Assembly: GCF_006345805.1 (NCBI RefSeq)
Contig: NC_043003.1
Coordinates: 15,376,001 to 15,440,000, forward strand
Direction: 5' to 3'
DNA: 64,000 bases
Origin: Octopus sinensis
Lineage: Eukaryota
Made by a program: the position numbers and the translations under genes. The notes beneath the pieces were generated by a model. That model ran no database searches, was not told the DNA's origin, and was given only the letters and a program-made list of their open reading frames with translations. Below are positions 38,507 through 51,906 of the stretch, in pieces; the stretch's first letter is position 1; the number at the start of each line of letters is the position of its first letter.

Positions 38507-39870
38507 CGGAAGGGGTTGGACAAATAATGGAAAATCCTTACAAAAATGGAAGTTTTATTATTTAATATGGAGTTAGAGGACCTTTGGCATCAATCACAGG
38601 TTTAACTCTTTGAGGAATTGACGAATACAGCTTTTGAATGGCTGTTAGGGGAATTTTGAGTCATTCTTCGAATAAAACCTGTTTTAGCTCTTTCAATAAC
38701 GATAGCGGAGAGAAACAGCTTCTCACTTGCTACGCCCAATTGTACCATAAATGTTCGATTATTCTGAGATCCGATGATTATGGAGGAGATAACTCTAGTG
38801 GTCGACTTCATATTTGTGCTTTAAGTATGTGAATGGAAGATTGTGCAACCATCCGGGGATACTGTTTGTACTGTAGGATGGACGTGATCAACCAAAATAC
38901 TCAGATAATCTTTGGGGTTAACTTTGCCGTGTAGAAAAACTGAATGGCCAAGGAGAATTTTGTGATATGACTGCTCAAATCATTACAGAGCTACCTATAT
39001 GCTTCAAGGTAGGGGCTAAACCAGTGGTTCTCAACCATTTTTTTTTAATCTATGGGCCTCTTTGATTGCTATTTTATTCAGGTGGATCCCCATAGCCATT
39101 TGATGTTTAAAAATAAATTTTACAGATACTTCTTTCAAAATTCCTATTTTGTTTTTCACACACTTTTGAAGGTTGAACTCCATAAAATGTTTGACAAAGA
39201 AACCTGGCTGTTTCTTGCAAAAAATACCAAGACATACATCTAAAGCAAAATTTCTTCAGATTCTCAACAATTTTTAACCTATGGGCCCCTTTGATTACTG
39301 TTTTATTCTGGTTGACCCCGATAGTCATTCAATGTTTAAGAACTAGTCTTATAGAAACGTCTTTCAAATTCCTATTTCGTTTTTCACCATGTAAAATGTT
39401 AGGGAAAAAAAACCTGATCCTTGTAATAAATGCCAATTCATACATCTAAAGCAAAATCATTTCAAGGGCCCTTAAAATACTATTGTGGATCCCCAATTTA
39501 CTATTTTGTTGCGCGGACGCCCAAAAGTCTTATATGGACACTCAGGGGTTACATGAACACTGGTTGAGAACCACGGGGCTAAACAGTTAGAGTCCAAGGA
39601 AGCTTGTTTGGGTTGTCTCCTGAAAATTCATCCTGAAATGAGGAATAGTATGAATGATGATTCATCAGAGAACATTAAATTATTCCATTGAGCCATTGAT
39701 CACTTCTGATAGTCTAGACGCCATTTTTTTTTATTGCTTATCACGTTTATCAGTTTTGACAGAAGACAGGAGAGATTTAGCAGTTTCAGCCGTCCCATGG
39801 TATCCAGCTCTATGGAGCTCATCATGGATGACCAGCGGTTCGAGACTGGACAGCATCAGCCGTTTATGAC
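38507..39870 (-). pseudogene. Decayed Tc1 transposase element, split by a hAT MITE
   Basis: ELHRAGYHG, WNNLMFSDESS, NCLAP|TLKHIGSSVMI, LHGKVNPKDYLSIL, SDLRIIEHLW, IPQRVKPVIDAKGPLTPY*; TIR-like end GGGGTTGGACAAATAATGGAAA. Confidence 0.8.
39022..39576. mobile_element. hAT (Charlie/Buster-like) MITE
   Basis: 15-bp TIR CAGTGGTTCTCAACC / GGTTGAGAACCACGG; 8-bp TSD GGCTAAAC at 39014-39021 and 39577-39584; internal ~230-bp duplication. Confidence 0.9.
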
Positions 39871-40131
39871 TAAAGTCAGTACAACCAACGGTGATTAATT
39901 AAGATAAAATATATCAGTTTTGTTGACGCATTTACGTGTTTCGAGGTTTTATAAATAAACACATACATACATACATACATACATACATACATACATACAT
40001 ACATACATACATACATACATACATACATACAAGTATGCGTACAAGCATACACATACTCACATACATACATGCTTCGATATATATGTGTGTGTGTGTATAT
40101 GTGTATGTAAAATATATATATATATGCAATG

Positions 40132-40214
<83 letters not shown>

Positions 40215-40593
40215 GCTCACCATCAAGGAACGGCCATGATAGGCCATTCACCCACTAGAAATAACAGCCAAGCTTCAACCGCAAATAAAGATTAATTCCG
40301 TAAACGGAGAAAATTTAAAAAACATTTACCCCTGTAATTTCTTGTACGATGCACCGTTTCATCTGCTGTTTAATGGTAAACTACCTGATTAAATTAAATC
40401 AAGCCAATCTTCCTAGGCCTCAGATTCTTCAGCAAGAAATAGCCAAGTCGGAACAGATATTTTCACGAGGCATTCAAACCCATGCCAAGGTAATATCTGA
40501 CCTAAAATTTTCAATCGTCGCACTCGCGCCAAATTTATCGGCAGCAAATAAATATAAGCCGTCGATTCCATTACGGAATTAACCAGAAAATTC

Positions 40594-40786
40594 ATAATTA
40601 ATCAATATAGGGTGGCAGAAAAAATTTGTAGAATTCTTTTTGCCACCAGCGGCCTAGTGGGAAAAAATTAAATAGTCATAGACCATTTTTAAATGGTCTA
40701 TGACTATTTACTTTTTTCCCACTAGGCCGCTGGTGGCAAAAAGAATTCTACAAAATTTTTTCTGCCACCCTATATTGATTAATTAT
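40594..40786. repeat. Near-perfect palindrome, 95-bp arms, 2-nt loop
   Basis: Centre GACCATTT TT AAATGGTC; arms differ at only a few positions. Confidence 0.92.
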
Positions 40787-40801
40787 ATATAATAATATTA
40801 T

Positions 40802-40835
<34 letters not shown>

Positions 40836-40847
40836 AATGCTATATAT

Positions 40848-41235
40848 ACATATGGCAATGTGGTAAGTAGTTTGCTTACCAACCACATGTTTCCTCGGGT
40901 TCAGTCCCACTGCATGGCACCTTGGGCAAGTGTCTTCTACTATAGCCTCGGCCGACCAAAGCCTTGTGAGTGGATTTGGTAGACGGAAACTGAAAGAAGC
41001 CCGTCGTATATATGTATATATATATATGTATGTGTGTGTATATGTTTGTGTGTCTGTGTTTGTCTCCCCAACATCGCTTGACAACTGATGTTGGTGTGTT
41101 TACGTCCCCGTAACTTAGCAGTTCAGCAAAATAGACCGATAGAATAAGTACTGGGGTCGATTTGCTCGACTAAAGAGGCGGTGCTCCAGCAAGGCCGCAG
41201 TCAAATGACTGAAACAAGTAAAATAGTAAAATAGT
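40848..41235 (+). mobile_element. Full-length composite CORE-like SINE
   Basis: Homolog of 27521. Confidence 0.88.
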
Positions 41236-41252
41236 AGTAATAGTATATATGT

Positions 41253-41287
<35 letters not shown>

Positions 41288-42135
41288 TTGTGTGTGTGTG
41301 TTTGTGTGTGTTTGTGTTTGTGTGTGTGTTTATGTGTGTGTGTGCTTGTGTGTGTGTGTGTGTGTGTGTATACGGATATATACACTCGCTTGTATGTGTC
41401 CATGCATGTTAGTATGCAGTGTATTGTGTATGTATAAACTAAATACATAATACAACGTAACACACACACACCTATGCATAGTATGTATGTACACGTAGAC
41501 ACATACACATACCCACACATACATACATACACGCATGCACATATACCTATGTGCATGCGAGTGCAACACTTCAAGTTGTAACTTATTAATAACATATAAC
41601 GCAGATTCTATCCAAGTAAAAGTTGTTTTCCCTTTACATCTCCACTTCAACACGCGAATAACCGCAACCCAGTAAGTGACGATATCATCTTGCAATCATC
41701 TCGTAAATTAACGAAGTGATGTCAACCGTTCTGTGTAATTACTTTAAGTTGTTAATTTTGTCATCCGTTACAACTGGAATGTGTTGATTAGAAAGTTTGA
41801 ATAAACTGCATTGAGAGAAGCAATGATATATACAATATGAAAGATAAGGATGAGAGGTGTGGGGGTTACGTTTTATATAGGTTGGACATGTAATATGAAA
41901 ATGAGAAAGATCTCCGTGTTTTGGTGATGAGAATGAAATCTTAAATACAATGCTTTCTAACATGTGAACATGGCTAGCAGTTTGTGGTGATGGTGATGGG
42001 AGAGAGTGGGCGGAGTCGATAAAATTGAACCAGTACCATATGACTGGTACTCTACTGTTATCGATTTCAGACGGATGAAAGAACAAATAATAATAATATA
42101 AATAACGATAATAATAATAATAACTGATGATAATC

Positions 42136-42191
<56 letters not shown>

Positions 42192-42374
42192 TAATGATAA
42201 TAATAGATGACAATGGCACTCTTCTTTTTAATTTTGACTCTATATCTTCTGGAGGAGTTATCTCAATTCTTTATTTATTAACCAAAATGAAGTAGATTGA
42301 CAAATTTATTTCTTGAACCCGTTGAAGGCACAAGATATCGAAATATCGTTCACTAGATGACAATCGCTCTTTTC

Positions 42375-42437
<63 letters not shown>

Positions 42438-42438
<1 letters not shown>

Positions 42439-43607
42439 TGGATAATAGATATAGCATGCCCAGCAGACAACATGGTATGCGATAAGGAAGAAAGAAAAGT
42501 CGAGAGATATAACAGGTTAGCTTAAGAGGTTAAGCAGCTGTGGTCGACGAATACTCCGGAAGGTGCTCGAAGAATAAGAGGTGTTACCTTAGTTCACTAG
42601 TAGTGAACTAAGTATTTAAGGAAGCTGACAAATACAAACAAGAAATCATACCACCTAATAAGCATGAAGAAGAAGAAGAAGATGAAGAAACAACAAAAGC
42701 TATAAAACAAATGAAATCCAAACTAAAAATAGAACAGCAACGAACCATGATAAAACGATGGCAAGAAAAGCCCCCTCATGGTAAATACTGGACTAAACTA
42801 AACGCAAAAGAAATGGACAAAGAAAATCCCAGCAATGGTTGAGAAGCTCAGGACTCCAAAGCAGAAACAGAAGGATTTTAATGCGCACAAGACCAAAGCC
42901 TCCCCACCAGAAATTACCAAAAACATGTAATGAAAAGAAATATAACAAGTAACTGCAGAATATGTGGAGATGGACAAGAACAATAAATCCATATTACTTC
43001 TGGCTGCCCAGTCCGGCTAAGAAGGAATATATTCACAGACATGACAGAGTTGGAACCTACATACATTGGAAGCTATGCCAACATTATGGAATAACAACAA
43101 AAAAAGATGGTATAGGCACACACAGAAAAGGTCACAGAAAACGAGAAGCAACCATACTCTGGGATATGCCGATACACACAGATAGAGAAATTAGGCCAAC
43201 AGGCCAGATATAGTTGTGAGAGATCATGAAGAAAAAAATGATTTCTAATTGATTATCAATACCGCAGATGACAACGTGTCTCTAAAAGAAATGGAGAAAC
43301 TCTCCAAATACAAAACCTGGAAATAGAGGTAACCAGAATGTGGAATCTGAAAACAGAAACATTCCTATCATAGTAGGTTGCATTAGGCATGATAAAAATT
43401 TCAGACAAATACATAACAAAAACACCAGGACTTACAAACACATATAACATACATAAAATTGCACTACTAGGCACTGCCACACATCCTACGCAGAACACTT
43501 TCCATACAATAACCATCAGAGCATCACAACAAATCACAATCACATACCCAAGGCACACAGAGCTGCGCTCGGTAGTGAAGTGAAAGCACGCTATAAAATA
43601 AAACTAC

Positions 43608-43608
<1 letters not shown>
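42438..43608 (+). mobile_element. Stacked R4/Dong-like fragments: family A remnant (42438-42605) joined to family B (42606-43608), flanked by (TAA)n
   Basis: WQEKPPHGKY, CRICGDGQE, YIHRHD, LWDMPIHTDRE, PDIVV and KEMEKLSKY; 3' UTR matches 20727. Confidence 0.85.
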
Positions 43609-43663
<55 letters not shown>

Positions 43664-43869
43664 TAAAATAATGATGATGATATAAATAATAAATACCCTG
43701 ATGAAATACCAGGCAGTGACTCTCATGACTTCTGATCTTAATTGATTGGAAGTGTTATCATGTACATTGTTTTGTCTTGGTATAAAAGATGTGCTACAGC
43801 AAATATTCTGCTCAATACCACAGATTTGCTTGTCAGTTGTTTGACCATAACAAGTTGAGCGTATCCCTT

Positions 43870-44158
43870 TGTTAATATCAAGCGAGGAATCTGCTAAGGA
43901 GTCTTGTTATCCCCTTTAATATTTGTCTTCTGCTTGATCCTCCTTAGTTTAATATTAAGGAAGGCAAAGGCAGGATATCAGTTCAGAAATAGTAATGGAA
44001 AAATTAAGCATTTGCTCTACATGGATGATCTAAATAGAGAAAAAAAAAAGAGATAGGTTCCTTAATACAAAGTGTAAGACTTTTCAGTAAAGATACCAGC
44101 ATAGAATTTGGCATAGATAAGTGTGCAATATTAGTTATGAAAAGTGGAAAAGTAGTCA
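43870..44158 (+). pseudogene. Reverse transcriptase core fragment, R4/Dong-like
   Basis: NIKRGI..G..LSPLIFV, KAGYQF, HLLYMDDL and IEFGIDKCAILVMKSGKVV. Confidence 0.75.
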
Positions 44159-44183
44159 TACACATAAACAGTGTGTGTGTGTA

Positions 44184-44226
<43 letters not shown>

Positions 44227-44629
44227 AAGAAAGAGAAGGCGGGAAAGTGAAAAAGAGAGATAGTGAGTGAGAGAGAGAGGAGAGAGGAGGGAGAGAAATG
44301 GTGGAGTACGAGAGAAACATTAAAATGTCCGATGTCAAACAAAACAACGTCGAAACAGATGGCTCCTTTAGGGCTGTGCTAAAACGTCTCATACTCAGCA
44401 ACACAAATGACCCAACGCTCTAACAACGCTGAAATATAACCTTTCTAGACGGGTACTTCTCGATACATCTCCAGAAAATGTTCAACTAATCTCGAATACT
44501 TCTGACTTTTCACTTATCACATAAATCTAATCTAGTGCTCCGCATCCATTTTTTTTTTCTTCCGGTACACTTTTATATTTTTTTAAAAATTCGGCGGCAC
44601 ACCTGAACTAAAAATATAACTAGAAGTAT

Positions 44630-44850
44630 ACTTTTTTACTCTTTTACTTGCTTCAGTCATGTGATTGTGGCCATGCTGGATCACCGCCTTTAGTCAAGCA
44701 AATCGACCCCAGGACTTATTCTTTGTAAGCCTAGTACTTATTCTATCGACCACTTTTGACGATCCGCTAAGTTACGTGGACGTAAACACACCACCATCGG
44801 TTGTCAAGCGATGTTGGTGGGACAAACACAGACACACAAACATATATACA

Positions 44851-44896
<46 letters not shown>

Positions 44897-45057
44897 CGAC
44901 GGGCTTCTTTCAGTTTTCGTCTACCAAATCCACTCACAAGGCTTTGGTCGGCCCGAGGCTATAGTAGAAGGCACTTGCTGAAGGTTCCACACAGTGGGAC
45001 TGAACCCGAAACCATGTGGTTGGTAAGCAATCTACTTACCACACAGCCACTTATACT
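44630..45057 (-). mobile_element. Full-length composite CORE-like SINE
   Basis: Homolog of 27521. Confidence 0.88.
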
Positions 45058-45559
45058 GCGGCACACTTAGCATCGACTCGTGGCACACCAGCGTGCCGCG
45101 GCATACCGGTTACGGAGCACTGATCTAATCCATTCTGACACTTTCCTGTCTTTTAGTATTCAATCGTAACGGTAAGGGTGACATCCAAGTTCTTTGTAGG
45201 ACCTCACAGATTGGTTAAATTCACACAGACGATGCTCATTTTCGACTTACAGCATTTATCTTGGAGTATCAATAATCACTACTCCTGGTTCAAAATGCCT
45301 TATTCTTCGTATATAGTGCTTTTCTGTTGCTGTTCAAATCTTGGTAAAATTGATAACAAAGCACTAAAGAACACGTTCTCTTTTTCTAATATCAGTTTAT
45401 ATCGGACGGGCAAAAATACCTTCGAGGAATCTGATTGTCTTCGAAGATAAAAAAAAAAAGAAAATAATAATTAAAAAGAAAAAAAACCCCAGCAGAAGCG
45501 GCAGTGGTAATGGTTGCAAAAGCAAAGTGAACAATGACAAACAAAACAGCATCAATATG

Positions 45560-46609
45560 AAAATGTACATCATCATTAACAGAAACGTCACCAGCACCAC
45601 CATTACTGCCACTAACAAAACCACCAGCACCACCAGTACCACCCCACAACCAGCACAACCACCACAACCAGCAGCAGCAACAACCACCACCACCACCACT
45701 ACCACCACCCCCACCACCATCACTTTTATCATCACACCACCACTCATCATCATCATCATCATTGTCATCATCATCATCATCATCATTCCTCATCACCATC
45801 ATCGTCGTCGTCGTCGTCGTCGTCATCGTTGTCAACATTACCAGCAACATTACCGCCACCCTCACCGTGGTTATTGTGATCCTTACCACCACCAACACAC
45901 TGTCTCCGAGCATCAGCACCACCATCGTTATCACAATCATCAGGTCCACCACCAACACCACCACCATCGCCATCACCGCTACCGCCATCACCACCACCAT
46001 TATCAGCCATAGACCCACCACCACCATTATCAGCCATAGACCCACCACCACCATCACCACCACCACCACCATCTTCGTGATCATTATCATCACTACAAGC
46101 ACCAGGGTCACCAGCTTTATCAAAACCATCATCATATCCAACACCAGAACTGCCACGACCACGGCCACCACCACCACCACCACCACCACCACCACAACCA
46201 CCACCACCACCACCACCACACCACCACCACAACCACAACCACCACCCCCACTACCACCACCACCACCGTCGCCGCCTCCACACTCACGGCTGATCGTTCT
46301 CAGCATATCGTTCAGACACTACTATCATCATTGAAATCCACAGGTTTCCCCGTTAGCATCAAACCATTTCCCATATCCTCACCGCCCTTCTCATCCTCAC
46401 AACACATCGTCGTCGTTGTCGTCACCAGCACTACCATCTCCCACCACCATCATCACCACCACTACCACCGTCATCATCACAGTCGTCATCATCACAATCA
46501 TCGTCATCATCATCATCGTCATCGTCATCGTCATCATGATCATCATCACAATCGTCATCATCATCATCATCATCATCATCATTATCATCATCACAATCGT
46601 CATCATCAC

Positions 46610-46640
<31 letters not shown>

Positions 46641-46745
46641 GTCATCATCATTCTCCTTCTCCTCCTCCTCCTCCTCATCCTCATCATCATCATCACCATC
46701 ACCATCACAATCGTCGTCATCGTCATCATCATCATGAGCAGTAAC
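45560..46745. repeat. Long degenerate (CAC)n/(CAT)n triplet tract
   Basis: Direct reading. Confidence 0.95.
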
Positions 46746-47416
46746 AGCAGTAGAATGAACAAGAGCAACGAGTAAATTTGAAACGTTAGTTATATATTAT
46801 TTTTTTTTAATTTGAAGTTCTCTCTCTCTTTCTATTTCTCTTTCTCCCTCCCTCTCTTTCTTTTTCTCTCTCCCTCTCTTTCTCACCTTTTCTGTATTTT
46901 TCTGTTCCTGTAAAATAATCTTTGAAAATTCCACAACAATATTTGCGGTATTTTCCCCCTTGAGAGGCACTAACAAAAGGGAAAATAGCAACCGTGTAAT
47001 AGATATGGTTTCAGATTTCGAGACTGGCAGGAAATTATACAAAAAAAAAAATAAACAAAAAAAAAAAACCCCTAAGAGCAAAGATGAAGAATGAAAATCA
47101 AAAAGAATGAAACACAAGAAAGAGAAATGAAAAGAAAGATAAGAAAGAAAAATGAAACAAGAAGAAGTATAACAAAATGATAAAATGTTAAGAGAGAGAC
47201 ACAAAAAGATGTTAAACATAAACAAACGTATATAAAAGAGAAATTGCAAACAAAAAGGTAAAAATATAATTAAAAACCAACAAAGAGCGAAAAATAAAAC
47301 ATAGTAACAACATCATAACAACAATATGAATGACAACAACAGCAAAGTAATAAAGACAACATTGTGTTAATAACGACCATTACGTCATGACATTGTTATG
47401 ACAGCAGCAATATCCT

Positions 47417-47845
47417 TTTCTACTCTAGGTACAAGGACCGGAATTTTGTAGGAGGGGACTAGTCGATTAGATCGACCGCAGTACGCAACTGGTACTTAAT
47501 TTATCGACCCCGAGAGGATGAAAGGCAAAGTCGACCTCGGCGGAATTTGAACTCGGAATGTAAAGACAGACGAAATATCGCTACGCATTTCGCCCTGCGT
47601 ATTAACGTTTTTTATTTCTTTATTGGCCACAAGGGGCTAAACATTGAGAGGACAAACACGGACAGATATAGGGATTAAGTCGATTACATCGACTCCAGTG
47701 CGTAACTGGTACTTAATTTATCGACCCCGAAAGGATGAAAGGCAAAGTTGACCTCGGCGGAATTTGAACTCAGAATGTTAAGACAGACGAAATATCGCTA
47801 AGTATTTCGCTCAGCATGCTAACATTTCTGCCAGCTCGCAGCCTT
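47417..47845 (-). mobile_element. Meta-like SINE, two tandem bodies
   Basis: Homolog of the 12287 family. Confidence 0.85.
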
Positions 47846-48031
47846 ATGACAACAGCAATATCATAACGGTAATGAGACAACAAAATCAGGACACCGACAC
47901 AATGACAACAACGATGACGTAATAAAAATGGTAATTACATAACACAACGGCAACACCACCACCACAACACCATGGCAACAACGACAACACAATAAAAACA
48001 GCAACAAAAATGTCATAAGAACTGTTTTTTT

Positions 48032-48972
48032 TTCTATTCAAGGCAGAAGGCCCGAAATTTGTGGGGAGAGGGCCAGTCGATTTGACGGGTCCCAGCAGGC
48101 AACTGGTACTTGATTAATCGACGCCGAAAGGATGAAAGGCAAAGTCGATCTCGGCGGAATTTGAACTCCGAACGTAAAGACAGACGAAATACTTATTTAC
48201 TTACTACCCACAAGGGGCTAAACACAGAGGGTACAAACAAGGACAGACAAACGGATTAAGTCGATTACATCGATCCCAGTGCGTAACTGGTACTTATTTA
48301 ATCGACCCCGAAAGGATGAAAGGCAAAGTTGACCTCGGCGGAATTTGAACTCAGAACGTAGCGGCAGACGAAATACCTATTTCTTTATTACCCACAAGGG
48401 GCTAAACACAGAGGGTACAAAAAAGGACAGACATAGGTATTAAGTCGATTACATCGACCCCAGTGCTAACTGCTACTTAATTTATCGATCCCGAAAGGAT
48501 GAAAGGCAAAGTCGACCTCGGCGGAATTTGAACTCACAACGTAACGCAGACGAAATACCTATTTCTTTATTACCCACAAGGGGCTAAACACAGAGGGGAC
48601 AAACAAGGACAGACATAGGTATTAAGTCGATTACATCGACCCCAGTGCTAACTGCTACTTAATTTATCGATCCCGAAAGGATGAAAGGCAAAGTCGACCT
48701 CGGCGGAATTTGAACTCACAACGTAACGCAGACGAAATACCTATTTCTTTATTACCCACAAGGGGCTAAACACAGAGGGGACAAACAAGGACAGACATAG
48801 GTATTAAGTCGATTACATCGACCCCAGTGCGTAACTGGTACTTAATTTATCGACCCCGGAAGGATGAAAGGCAAAGTCGACCTCGGCGGAATTTGATCTC
48901 AGAACGTAACGACAGACGAAATACCGCCAAGCATTTCGCCGGGCGTGCTAACGTTTCTGCCAGCTCGCCGCC
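48032..48972 (-). mobile_element. Meta-like SINE with five tandem bodies
   Basis: GAAATAC at 48186, 48370, 48552, 48734 and 48918. Confidence 0.9.
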
Positions 48973-49090
48973 TTCCACAGCAATAACATCACAACAACAA
49001 CTACACCAAGAAAGCAACAACACCGACAATGGTGCTTTCTTGAAAGGAAATTATTACAATTTATTTATCGGAAAAGTACGAATACAAGTA

Positions 49091-49639
49091 CAGTAGTACT
49101 TCACTTTACGAAGACTTACTTTACGAAACCTCGGGTTTACGAGTTATATTTTTCAGCTCACTTTGGTATGGTGAGCCGAAATTTTTCAAGCACAAAATCC
49201 AAAATTTGAAAGAAGTGCAACCATAACAAATGCTTTTGTGTGTTACCAAGAAATTTATAGAGAGCGAAGAAAAGCTTCTTCAAAGCAAACAACTCTAGAC
49301 TTGTTGTTTAAAAAGAAATCTACAAGTCCGTCCACGAGTGCTTGTGAATCGGCGATCGCGCCTACAAGTGATGGTAGGCGCCGGTCTAGTGCGAGTGAAA
49401 GTGATTCAGAAAACGATAATAATAAAATATTTTTTATTATGCATTATCATAAGAGATGATCTTCACATTCTTTTTACTTTACATAAAAGAATTCTTTACA
49501 TTCTACGGTTGTTTTATTGCCATTTATTTGCAAGTATTATAAATTTTGAAAGTAAAATATTTTTCTGAGAACAAATTACGATTTCTAACAATGCTACGGT
49601 TTCCAGGAAGAAATTAATTCATATAGTGAGGCATGACTA
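49091..49639 (+). mobile_element. Tigger/pogo deletion derivative
   Basis: TA|CAGTAGTACTTCACTTTACGAA with a diverged inverted right end and TA; C-terminal remnant CYQEIYRERRKASSKQTTLDLLFKK. Confidence 0.7.
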
Positions 49640-49651
49640 TATAGATAGATG

Positions 49652-49899
49652 ATGGGTTGGTGCATAATTATTGCGGCTTTTTTAAAACCAATTTTATTCA
49701 ACAAAAACAATAACAATATTTAATAAAATCATCTTTAAATGGCGGTCTGACTGTCTGCCAAATAAATGGGAAACAGTAATTGAAGCAGATGGTGAATATG
49801 CTCCGGAATAATCATTTAAAGATGTTTTTGTTACATGTTATTGTTTTGGTTGAATGAAATTTGTTGAAAGAAAGCCGCAATAATTATGCACCAACCCAA
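49652..49899 (+). mobile_element. Mariner-derived MITE
   Basis: TIR GGGTTGGTGCATAATTATTGCGGCTTT; internal remnant LPNKWETVIEADGEYAPE*. Confidence 0.85.
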
Positions 49900-51554
49900 T
49901 ATTGATAACTGGTTATTTATTCTCTCCGCTTTTATTTTCAGTTAAAGATTTTTAAACGGTAGAATGGCAGCTTAAGGGCCTGTTGTTGTAAGGGTTTGCT
50001 GTTGCTTTAGAATTACACTTTTCCTTTCTCATCTAAAATGAACCATTTAGGTTTGATTTCAGCTACTTTAACAAGCTATTCAATATTCTATCAGCATCTT
50101 ATGTGTGCTTATGAAATATCTCCCACTACATCTTGTCTTCTTCTTGAGTTGAGGTGGCCTTCTAAGACTACTCGAGTACACGTCACGTCTTCTTAAATTC
50201 CCCTCTGTAGCGATTCCTTTTCTGTTCAAACTCTTCTAAATTCTTGCAAAAATCTTCTTACTGATGCTTCTTTGAATTTTTATTTTATTCTTATCCAGTT
50301 CTCGAGAAAATCGCTTCGAGGTAGAGTTGAACTTTTTGTTTTTCACAAAGAAACGGTGGATTCTTTTATGTTCCTACCTACACACTAATACATAAATAAA
50401 TAACTACGTTCGTATATATGAAACACGCTTGGCAACCATATTGTTTTGTGTTCAGACCCGATGCCTATTACCTTAAATATATATTTATAGACATATGTAT
50501 ACACACACACATACGGACACACACATACATACGGACATACACATATACACATATGTATGTATACGTATGAATGTGTATATGTGCATGTATACATACATAC
50601 ATACATAAATACATGCATATATGTGTGTATTTTTGCACGTGTGCGCGCGGATTTGTAATAAGGTATTAAATGCAGTATTTGAAGAGAATGAAAGAATATG
50701 GTGAGGTTTGTAGAAAAACTTAAATCTTCGGAATCATTTACATAAAAGTGAATAGGCTTACTAATAAACGTACACTCACTATCATTTAAATCCACAACAG
50801 GGAACACCGTAAAACAATGCCATCCAAACATGAAAAAAACACTTCCCCTGGAATGAAGTAGCACAAAAAATATTTTTGTTATTGAATTCAATACAAGGAG
50901 TAACAGTTATACAATCCTTTTATTACTTCCGCTAAATGTTAATTATAACAGACCTGACATTGTTATTTGGGATGGTTTCATTTACGGCTGTAGAGGTCAT
51001 TGTGAACGTTTGTAGAGGTCATTGTGGGCGTTCCTTTGAAAGTCAGTTACAAAGAGACTATTTACTGAAAACTACTTCGAAGTTACAGCTTATCTTTGAC
51101 CTTTCATCTTTTTACTTGTTTCAGTCATTAGACTGCACCCATGCTGGGGCACCGCTTTAAAAGGTTTGGTAAAACGAATCGACTCCCAGTACTTTTAAAA
51201 AAAATAATCTGGTACTTATGTTATCGGGTTATTTGTGTTAAATCGCTAACTTACTGACCATACAAACAGACAAATAGTTTCTCTGTTTCTGTCTGCCTGT
51301 CCGTCTGTCTCTCTCACAGGCATGGCTGTATGATAAGAAATTTGTTTACCAATGACATGCTCCCGGGTTCAGTCCCAGTGTCTTCTACTATAGCCTCGGG
51401 CCGACCAAGCCTTGTGAGTGGGTTTGGTAGTTACAAACTGAAACAAGACCGTCATATATGTATGTATTATATATATAATATATATAATATATATATATAT
51501 ATATATAAAATTACTATTTCTAAATAGTAACAGTCCTTTAAAGAATAGACTATT

Positions 51555-51903
51555 TTGCCAACATAATGTGGCTGTCCTGGATAGGACGAATGTTACTGTT
51601 GTTTAGCCTCAGAAAACCTCATCTCCAGCAATATCTGTGTCATTATATTTTCGCACAGGGACCTCAGTATCCCCATCCAGCACAAGGTAGTATTTTTAGA
51701 CCGGTTTCTGGGTTATTGCTCTTTATTAGCACAGAGTAACCGATGGCTAGGAGGCGTTGCTGAATTCCCGTTCGAAAATATATAATTTTCAAAGTGACAC
51801 ACAATCACTAATCTAATAAATGGAAACATTATTATTACTAAATCTCCCAAAGAGAGATATTCAGTATCGGTGCTTTAGAGTAAAGACGGTTTGCCAACAT
51901 AAT
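51555..51903. repeat. ~336-bp terminally redundant repeat unit, unclassified
   Basis: TTTGCCAACATAAT occurs at both ends; homologous to 55815-56225 and 52738-52790. Confidence 0.7.
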
Positions 51904-51906
51904 ATG

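Noticed and set aside
42312-42352. GAAC CCGTTGA...GAAAT ATC GTTC hammerhead-like pattern
   Set aside because: Two core mismatches and a weak stem II; could be chance.
45392-46775. Long poly-Val/Thr/His ORFs up to 304 aa
   Set aside because: Triplet repeats that lack stops in several frames on both strands.
50385-50891. 168-aa ORF in semi-unique sequence as a host exon
   Set aside because: Half microsatellite, no recognisable domain and no splice support.
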